DNA of 64,000 nucleotides from Octopus sinensis. Lineage: Eukaryota. Position numbers and translations under genes: made by a program. Under the pieces are notes generated by a model, which was not told where the DNA came from, ran no database searches, and worked only from the letters and a program-made list of their open reading frames with translations. Positions within the stretch are counted from its first letter, which is position 1; each line of letters starts with the position of its first letter. Location: assembly GCF_006345805.1 (NCBI RefSeq), contig NC_043006.1, positions 3,720,001-3,784,000 on the forward strand, in the 5' to 3' direction. Shown piece by piece: positions 54,782-64,000 of the stretch.

Positions 54782-55290
54782 AATGATAATAATAATAATA
54801 AAATAATAATAATAATATAATAATAATAATGATTTCTGCTCTAGGCACAAGATCTGAAATTTTGGTGGAAGGGGATTACATTGAGCCCCGTATTCAAATG
54901 GTACTTATTTTACCATCTTCAAAAACCTCAAAGGCAAATCGACCTCACCGAAAGTTGAACTCAGAGTATGAAGCCAAAAGAAATGCCGCTGAGATTTTCG
55001 TCCGGCGCACTAAAAATTCTGCTGGCTCGCCGCCTTGATAATAGTAATAATAAGTTTTACAATAGGTACAAAGCCAGCTGTTAATAATCGTGATTTCATA
55101 TTTTGGCACAAAGCCAGCAAGTTCGGAGCAAGTCGATAGCATTGACCCTGGAGCTCAACTGGGGCTTATTTTACCAATCCCGAAAGGATGAAAGATAAAA
55201 ACCAATCTCGGCAGAATTTTAACTCAGAACGGACGAAATGATCCTAAGCATTTTGCCCGGCGTGCTAACGATTCTGCCAGTTCCCCGCCA
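54010..55290 (-). mobile_element. Head-to-tail stack of four type B SINEs separated by TAA/TGA repeats
   Basis: Copies at ~54010-54225, 54505-54683, 54832-55038 and 55060-55290, all on the minus strand. Confidence 0.8.
54276..54487 (+). mobile_element. R4/Dong LINE fragment (third subfamily), REL C-terminal part, flanked by (TAA)n
   Basis: Translates as PADNKVCDKEEKKVNRYDRLAWEVKQLWSMKKVVAIIVGALGTVSKNLEKYI. Not in the ORF track. Confidence 0.75.
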
Positions 55291-56331
55291 TAATTTTTTC
55301 AATTTTTTGCCACAAGGACAGCTTGTGGAGCGCATCATAGCAAACGAGCTTACTAGTGGTGCATTACGTTAATTCCAGTTATGTTAAGTTTTCTGGTCGA
55401 TATATTATATCATAACGTTCAGAGAAACAATTTTACAGGCATTTTCACTTGTGTCACCGTTCATCATATAATCACTGTTATTGTACATTATCACAACGTT
55501 GTCATATAATGATAACGTTGTTATCACATGATAGTAATAAGGATATAGGTAATATTTTCCACATCACACTTGTACAAATGATATTTTCTATATCAGCAAG
55601 GTGTTTGTGTTTGTTGCTTTTACTTTGTCTTTTGTCAAATAGATGTCTACACTCAATTTAACGGAAGTCAAATTGTATCCTTCGACAATGGATCTACGAG
55701 ATCCTATTCTTTGCTTTTGCTTTCTTACCAGCTCTCTCACTATTTCTTCCTCCTTCCCTCCCCCCTCTCTCTGTTTATGAGGATGAGGAGCGAGAAATTG
55801 TCAATGTCAGTCTTGTTTGATTAATATATTTTAATCTCCGTTTCTCCCTCTCCGCCTCTATTCTTCTCAATTTTTCTATATATATATACATGCATTTCTG
55901 AGTACGCTTGCGTGCTTCTGTGAATATGGTTGCCTCCAGTGTCAATACATATTGTCGCCAAAACAGGCTAAAATGTCCTCTCAGTTCTACCAAATAGTTA
56001 CTGTCCAAACAAGCGCGTCCGAGTGTCAAATTTCGCTAAAATTCTATTGGTATATTGATGTTTATTTATATATATCAAATTCTTAAATATGTATGTAGAT
56101 ACGTATGCGCGTGCGTACAAATACAGGTGCACACGCACATACACAAACACACGTATATGGTGTGTATATATATGTGTGTTTGTGTGTGCGCGTGTGTATA
56201 TATGTGTATATATAGATATATATATACACACACACATACTAGCATATGTATGTCTATGCATGTATGTACAGAGAAGGAACTGGATTCTAATACATACACA
56301 CTAACATAGACACACACAGAGACATATATAC

Positions 56332-56362
<31 letters not shown>

Positions 56363-56363
56363 C

Positions 56364-56407
<44 letters not shown>

Positions 56408-56412
<5 letters not shown>

Positions 56413-57512
56413 AATGCTTGGGTTTCTATAAGGGTGTACGCACTTACCACTACCTCTCCAACAGCACCACCCTTACAGGCACCCATCATTGTCCCTATCA
56501 TATAGCCGACTCCTTTTCCTGCACTTCTACAACGTCATTTACTGCATCTCTTGCTTTTTCCGCCCTTCTCTGTACATCGGTCAAACGGGACGCCACTTTG
56601 CTGACGGGTTCGCGGAGCACCTCCGAGACATCAGACTCAGCAATAACACCCAGGTCTCGCGCCATTTCTGCTCTACCGATCCTTCACTACAACACCTGTC
56701 TGTGTTTTGATTATCTTTGCACAGGGGCTATCCGGACTCCCGCCTTCGCTGTGAACAAGAATTAATCTTCTCTCTGCGCTCTTTTGCTCCACGAGGGTTA
56801 AACCCTCTCCCTTCTTCATCTAACTCCCCTCCTCTCTTCATGTGACACCTACTTCCTGTCTTCACTGCTACCCACCTTCTCTCTTCATTGGTACCACCCC
56901 TCCACTCGCACCCACCACTATTCCTACGCCTCCACACCAATGTCCTCATCCTACATCCCACCCCACACTCTTACCTCTCACTCCCACACCAGCATACCAC
57001 ACCACTACACCCACATCCCACACCATCCATGCTACTCCGCACACACTGGCACGGACCACTTCCCTGTACCCACACCACACCATCATCCGCACATCACTCA
57101 CCATCATCCGTACACACACACACCATCATCCTCACGCACACACGTTACAGACGCACTCACACACGGACACGTCCACACACGTCGAAGTTACTAGCCCCTA
57201 TCCCCACATGCACGCTTACACATTCTCACATACACATACGCGCGTTTTAGGATCACTAGTACTTATTATCTTCCCTTCTTTCAACCTCTCCTGTCAAACC
57301 TCTTTTTCCCAACCAGTCGCCATGCTTGACCGCTAAATCCACGAGGTTTATTTATTCTCTCTCTGTTTATATTCTCTTATTCCTTCTGTTGAAGGGCATA
57401 GGCTTGAAACGTAAAATACTTTCTCACTTTCCCGAGCGTCAAACTAGTACACCACCTGCTTGTTGCTCATACACCTGTCTTCGCTTTCTGTTTTTCCGTA
57501 AGTTTCAACTAT
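56408..57512 (+). mobile_element. Penelope-like element 3' fragment: GIY-YIG endonuclease remnant, CA-rich UTR, terminal repeat
   Basis: FSCTS, NVIYCISC, LYIGQTGR, FAEHLRDI, CEQELIFSLRSFAPRGLN. It starts right after (TA)n, and its end is homologous to 51207-51380. Confidence 0.85.
57381..57418 (+). ncRNA. Degenerate hammerhead-like motif at PLE terminus
   Basis: cctt CTGTTGA a gggc atag gctt GAAAC GTA aa, with A6U and a wobble helix II. Confidence 0.4.
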
Positions 57513-57520
57513 AGGTAGAT

Positions 57521-57593
<73 letters not shown>

Positions 57594-57832
57594 CAGATAG
57601 ACAGATAGACAGATAGACGCGTCTTTATGTGTGTGCATATATCTAAAATAGCCTAATTTTCTGAACGTCTATAAATGGCTTGTAATTGTCATGTCTTAAT
57701 AAGCCGTGTCCTTTCTTTTGCAAAAGCTCTGATTCTCAAGATAGCGCCGATGCGGTTAATTACATAACTAAATGGCCCAATGAACACAAACATACCGGTA
57801 TAAATTTAAAGTGTATGGTTCAGGTGCCATAT

Positions 57833-58059
57833 ACTCTTTTGCTCTTTTACTTGTATCAGTCATTTCACCGTGGCCATGCTGGAGCACCGCCTTTAGTCGA
57901 GCAAATCGACCCCAGAACTTATTCTTTGTAAGCCTAGTACTTATTCTATCGGTCTATTTTGCCGAACTGTTAAGTTACGGGGATGTAAACACACCAGCAT
58001 CGGTTGTCAAGCTATGTTGGCGGAGACAAACACAGACACACACAAACATATACGCACAT

Positions 58060-58094
<35 letters not shown>

Positions 58095-58268
58095 AATATA
58101 TATACGATGGGCTTCTTTCAGTTTCCGTCGACCAAATCCACTCACAAGGCTTTGGTCGGCCCGAGGCTATAGTAGAATACACTTGTCTAAGGTGCCACGC
58201 GGTGGGACTGAACCCAGAGCCATGTGGTTCTTAAGCAAGCTACTTACCACAGAGCCACTCCTACGCCT
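57833..58268 (-). mobile_element. SINE type A, well preserved
   Basis: Full reverse-complement match to 62561-63003. Confidence 0.9.
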
Positions 58269-58532
58269 ATTTGTATTTTTCATATTCGTTTCTCGAGGAC
58301 TTTGTCGTTACAACTACTTCACAACCGATTTCTGCTGCTTTTAACGCATTTTTCGGTTCGTCCCAAAGCACTGCGCCTGCTTTCTTATTATACATTGGTT
58401 TCTACAGAGACATTGCATCACCATTTTTTTCATATTATGAGTATACTTTCCACATTGCAAACAACTTCGTATTGTTTGATATTAAAGCTTATCCTTTGTA
58501 CAGAGATTATTGTGTAGTGTTTGGGCCACGGT

Positions 58533-58850
58533 GGGAGCGCGTGACTTAGTGGTCAGGGCGTTAGACTCATAACTGTAAGATTGTGGTTTCGATTCCTGGA
58601 CCGGGCGACGTGTTGTGTTCTTGAGCAAAACACTTCATTTCACAATTGCTCCAGTCCACTCAGCTGGCAAAAATGAGTAATCGTGCGACGGACCGGCGTC
58701 CCGTCAAGGCGAGAAATATATACGTCATGAAAACTGGAAAACCGGGAAACCGGTCATTATGAGTTAGCATATGGCTCAGGGGTTAGAGCGTCGGGGTTAC
58801 GATCATGAGGTTGTGAGTTCGATTCTCAGACCGGGTTCTGTGTTCTGTTC
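58533..58850 (+). mobile_element. SINE type C2 followed by a second tRNA-like head
   Basis: tgacttagtgg...gtttcgattcc...ttgagcaaaacacttc, then tggctcagggg...gagttcgattc at 58771. Confidence 0.8.
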
Positions 58851-59729
58851 TTTTATTTATATATATATATATATATACCAGAGTAAACACATAAATGTTA
58901 CTTGTATAGAGTCCTGTAACTTTGTGCCCCCTCCCCTTTCTTACTCACGTCTTTAGCTTTCTGTTGCTTATAAGATAGTTACTTTCTCGTTTCTTCCCCC
59001 TCCTTTGGTTATGCTTATAGTCTCTATGTATACACCAAGTGATTTTTGCATGCGAGCAAGATTGCGTATACATATGTGTACATGTATTTGTGTGTATATT
59101 TTCGTTTTGCCTTTATATGTCTGTATATGTATGTGGTCTGCGCACATCTATCTGTGTATTTTGATGTATACATACATGTATATTGATGGTTTAGTGTGAG
59201 TATGTACTGTTGTGAAATATCTTATATATTTTAATTTCAATTTTTATGTATTAATTGTATTAATCGAATTATATATTCTACATAAATTATGACGATATGT
59301 ATTTGAATCAAATCTTCGATTTTTCCTCGATTTTTATAATTTTATATTGAACTCATTTATTTGTTTTGTTCATTTTTGTTTATCGCTCGCATATGACCGT
59401 TATTTGAAAGGACCAATCAAACAAATCCATTTTTAAAGGTGTGTCGTTTATACTAATCTGAATAGAATTGTAATCTCGGTTCTATTTTAACAAAACTGTC
59501 CGACGAACGGGAACGTGAAACTCCGAGTAACAGCTTCTGTTGAATTTCTGCTGCTTTTAAATAAAGTATATATATATACGATAAGCCTCTTTAAGTTTCT
59601 GTGTACTAAATCCACTCACAAGGCTTTGATCGGCCCGATGTCAAAGTAGAAGGCACTTACATAAAGTTCCGCGTAGTGAGACTGATCCCGGAACCATGTG
59701 GTTGGATAGCAAATTCTTATATATATATA

Positions 59730-60727
59730 CAGGGGTTGAACAAAGTAATGGAAACACCTAGCATAATAGCATCATAATTTTGAAATATCTATAAAGACTT
59801 CAAGGGCTTGTTTATGTTTATGGTTTTTGATTAATTATTAGTGTTGCTTAATATGTTTTGCTAAAATTGCTGTTTCTTTTCAGATATCATCAGAAGAAGG
59901 TAATTTAAATTCATTAAAATGACAGATCTATCAGACTTTCAAAGAGATCAAATTGTTGGTGCTCGTATGGCAGGTGCTAGCGTAACGGAAGCAACCGAAA
60001 TGTTTGGTGTATCATGAAATACTGTCTAGAAAGTAATGACAGCTTTTGAGAAAGATGGAAAAACCTCCTCTTGGAAACAAAACTCCGGAAGAAAGCCAAA
60101 ACTTTCAGATAGGGACCGTCGGACTCATGCGAATTGTTAGAAAGAATCACAAAAGCACAGCTCCCAAAATTACTGCAGAGCTTAATGACCACCTCGAGAA
60201 CCCAGTTTCCACAAAAACTGTTCGCTGGGAGCTGCACAAAGCCGGATTTCACGGAGAGCTGCACAAAGCCGGCCCAGTGGTTTCCCTTCATAGCAGAATT
60301 AATAGTCGAGATTATTTAATCATTTTATCTGATCAAATTCATTCTATGATTGCGGAACTGTTTCCGCAGGGAGACGCAATCTTTCAGGATGATAATGCAC
60401 CAATTCACATAGCTAAAGTTGTTACTAAATGCCACGAGAAACATTCTAATGAAGTTGAACATCTTATCTGGCCACCACAGTCCCTAGATCTCAATATTAT
60501 TGAACATTTATGGTGCATTTTAGAAAAATAAGTAAGGAGTCGATATCCTCCACCATAATCACAACAAGAACTGGAGACTGTTTTAGCCGAAGAAACAATT
60601 CAGACTTTGTACGAGTCCATACCTCATAGAATTCAAGCTGTAATTACTGCCAAAGGTGGTCCTACCCCATATTAAAATAAATTTGTTTGAAATTTTAAGG
60701 TGTTTCCATTATTCTGTCCAACCCCTG
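59730..60727 (+). mobile_element. Internally deleted Tc1-family DNA transposon
   Basis: TIRs caggggttgaacaaagtaatggaaacacct / aggtgtttccattattctgtccaacccctg with TA TSD. The transposase remnant (59919-60675) has MTDLSDFQR, FQDDNAPIH and WPPQSLDLNIIEHLW, with stops and a deletion. Confidence 0.92.
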
Positions 60728-61261
60728 TACATATATTACCTGTATCCTTATCCTTTTCTGCATCAGATGTTTTATAATTATTTCGCGTTCGTGCATTTCA
60801 AAAGCACGCCATTTAAAATATGAGCCAACGGCTGATGGTCCAAGAAAACCTACTTCAGTTATCTACGTTACTGTCAATGAAGTTTTCTAGCAATATAACT
60901 GCACATGACATCCTGCTGATAAGCTGTTAACATTTAACAGTTTAACAGCTTATGTTCTGTTTTAACAGAGGTGTTCTGTTGCAGTAGGTCTGTGCAACAT
61001 CTCTGAGTGTGTATCAATGGTTATCAGACGTAATATTTTCTGAAAAGTTTCTTTCCACCCCGTCTCATGAGTTCAAACTTGATCATTGGATGCACTTTGA
61101 CGCATGGAAATTTGTTCAAGAGATATGATGCGACAATCAAAAGCTGTTTGAATCAATGTTAAGCTTTTGTTACCTTGCTTTGTTTTTCCTTTTGGCGGCG
61201 GTCGATATCACTAATTTCTGATGATGTTTTTACTGAGCTCTAACATCAATAGTTGTGTTAG

Positions 61262-61597
61262 AATGGCTCAGTGGTTAGAGCGTCGGGCTCACAATCATGA
61301 GACAGTGAGTTCGATTCCCGGACCGAGCTCCGTGTTGTGTTCTTGTGCAAAACACTTTATTTCACGTTGCTCCAGTTCACTCAGCTGTTGAAATGAGTTG
61401 CGACGTCATTGGGGCCAAGCTGTATCGGCCCCTTTGCCTTTCCACTGTACAACAGCGTTGGCGTGGAGAGGGGAGGCTGGTTTGCATGTGTGACTGGTGG
61501 CCTTCTATAAACAACTTTGTCCGCACCTGTGCCTCGGAAGATAACTTCTTAGGTGCAATCCAATGGCCATTCGTGACCGAAAGAGGTCTTTACACTA
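61262..61597 (+). mobile_element. SINE type C1
   Basis: Colinear with 45236-45578. Confidence 0.85.
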
Positions 61598-62427
61598 TTA
61601 TATTTTAACATCAATGCTTGGTATTTCATCTCGTATCAAACTGAATATCCCGAATATTGGTTATACACGAACTTATTGTATGTTCAGAGCTCTAAAGACA
61701 GCATTGTTTTCCCGCTTGGTTATATTATTTGGTTATATATTTCTGTTTAAAAAAGCCATCATAGGATCTATTTTCATTCTTCGCTAGGAACCAGTAGCAT
61801 TTGTCGTTAGATATGGTAGAAATAGCCGGGCTTGTAATATAGATGTTGCTAGATTCGTTTGTAGACCTTCCTCGTTTAATAATCTGATAGCAATGTTTAC
61901 CATTAAGTCTTTAAACATTACTTTACTGGGTTTAGTCTTTCCACTGTCACTACGACGGGGTATCATTTCAAAAATTTGATTGATCATACTGAGCTCAGTA
62001 CGTATTTCAATCTGGCATTTATTTTATAGAACTCTGCTTCAAGAACTTTGAGACGTAATGGGACACAATACTCGATTTAACAACAAATGTAAACGCGCGC
62101 GCGTGCGCGCACACACACTCACAAACACACCCACACACATTAAGTGCAAAAACGATTACGTGGATGAGAAGTTTGCTTCACAGCCAGATGGTTCCACGTT
62201 CAGTCCCGCTGCATGGTACCTTGGACATAGCCCTAGGCCAACCACAGACTTGTGACTGAATTTGTTAGACGGAAAATGTAGCATTATTCATCAGAAAATG
62301 ACCGAAAAACATGTTTATAAAAAAGAGTTGTTTGCTGCATATTCCTCGTGTGCCGATTCTGCCCATAAAACAGAGCAAATAATACAATGTGGCCGTAGGT
62401 CGTAACACCCGGGCAACACCGGGGTGC

Positions 62428-62474
<47 letters not shown>

Positions 62475-62560
62475 TACACACATATATATATATATATAGG
62501 GGATCTTGGGTGGGTATTTATGTATGTATGTGTATATGTGCCTATAAATATATATACATA

Positions 62561-63003
62561 GTCGGAGGAGTAGCTGTGTGGTAAGTAACTTGCTTACGAG
62601 CCACATGGTTTCGGGCTCAGTCCCACTGCGTGGCACCTTACGCAATTGTGTCTACTATAGCCTCGGGCCGACCAAAGCCTTGTGAGTGGATTTGGTAGAC
62701 GGAAACTGTAAGAAGTCCGTCGTATATATGTATATATGTATATATATATATATACATGTGTGTGTGGGTGGGTGTGTCTGTGTGTGGGTGTGTGTTTGTG
62801 TGTCTGTGTACCCCAACATCGCTTGACAACCGATACTGGTGTGGTTACGTCCCCGTAATTTAGCGGTTCGGCAAAAAAGACCGATAGAATAAGTACTAGG
62901 CTTACAAAGAATAGGTCCTGGGGTCGATTTGCTCCACTAAAGGCGGTACTGCAGCATGGGCTACAGTCATATATCTGATACAAGTAAAAGAGAGAGTAAA
63001 GAA
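62561..63003 (+). mobile_element. SINE type A, well preserved
   Basis: tRNA-like head, internal (TA)n(TG)n, and tail ggggtcgatttgctc...ggcggt...gtaaaaga. Confidence 0.9.
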
Positions 63004-63039
63004 TATATATGTACGTACCTATATGTATGCATAGACGCC

Positions 63040-63066
63040 TATCTATATAATGTATATATATATATG

Positions 63067-63100
<34 letters not shown>

Positions 63101-63350
63101 TGTATGTATGTATGTACGTATGTATGTATGTATGTATGTATGTATGTATGTATGTATGTATGCATGTATGTATGTATGTGTGTATGTATGTATGTATGTA
63201 TGTACGTATGTATGCATGTATGTATGTATGTATGTATGTACGTACGTATGTATGTATGTATGTATGTATGTATGTATGTATGTATGTATGTATGTATGTA
63301 CGTATGTATGCACATATACATACATACATACAAACATACATACACGTTCT
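63040..63350. repeat. (GTAT)n array
   Basis: Direct reading. Confidence 0.95.
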
Positions 63351-63924
63351 GATATATATGTTTATATATGAGCGTGTGCGAATGTGCGTGTATGAATTCA
63401 ATTAGTTATACATACATTAGTGTACGTACAGACAGGCATACATACATGTTTTAAGTCGTTTATAATGATAGTTTGCCAAGGGTGGTGGCCAGTCATGCGC
63501 AACCTCCTTGGGTAGAAAACTTGAAAAGCCGGTTTAGACCGTAAAAGAACATAATGGATTGTATTCATTTTAATGTGTTAAACTCTAAATAGACAGAAAC
63601 CTAGCTTGGCCTGTATTAATTTTCAGCCAATCAAAATATATAAATATATCTCAAAAACTAAATAGTCAACTTGTGTTTGTATAGTAATTTTTGTTAGTCT
63701 TGTTATTCTATTTTATTCAATCGTTTTGGGGATATTTTTGTTGTTCTTATTTTTTTTATGTATTTTTTATCTGTTTGCTTGGTGTGTTTGTTTTTGGGAA
63801 AAGGGAGGGGTCCTTTTTGTAGTTCTCTTTTTTTTCCCCCTGTAGCGTAATCGATTCCCTCATTATAGATTATTATCATTGCCGTTATTATTGTTTTTTC
63901 TTTCCTTTATTCTTTTTGTTTTTT

Positions 63925-64000
63925 AAGGTGGTGTGCTGGCAGAGTGGTTAGCACGCCGGGCGAAACGCGTAGCCGTATTTTGTCTGCCGTTATGTTCTGA
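63925..64000 (+). mobile_element. SINE type B head (runs off the window)
   Basis: gtgctggcagagtggttagcacgccgggcgaaa...ttctga. Confidence 0.8.

Noticed and set aside
60918-60952. 12-bp perfect inverted repeat (ataagctgttaa/ttaacagcttat), and similar small palindromes at ~17920-17990, ~48472 and ~55510
   Set aside because: They are short and AT-rich, plausible by chance or slippage, and have no further context.
61784-61987. 67-aa ORF with SDSGKT as a P-loop
   Set aside because: It does not fit GxxxxGKT, and there is no Walker B motif or splice support.

Overview
Eukaryotic, transposon- and microsatellite-saturated DNA, probably from an octopus or another coleoid cephalopod (inferred from the SINE types and microsatellite density; not verified). 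No intact host gene, RNA gene or CRISPR array can be supported, and almost every long ORF in the track is translated microsatellite. The window holds decayed mobile elements: four R4/Dong-type LINE fragments from about three subfamilies plus a 3' stub, two RTE, two L1/Tx1, one CR1-like and one HERO-like fragment, Penelope-like (PLE) GIY-YIG and terminal-repeat fragments, a near full-length Mag-type Gypsy element nested in a SINE, Tc1/mariner remnants and mini-elements, non-autonomous Helitrons, and dozens of tRNA-derived SINEs. The most interesting signals are four. (1) A strand-consistent stacking of R4/Dong LINEs and an unidentified ~550-bp non-coding element (X) in (TAA)n tracts, some of which appear to be SINE tails. 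(2) Four minimal hammerhead-ribozyme-like motifs with covarying helix II in PLE terminal repeats. (3) A 140-bp-arm foldback element at 39.7-40.1 kb. (4) A decayed tandem array with a templated patchwork junction at 24-26 kb. All alignments were done by eye, so coordinates of decayed elements are approximate.
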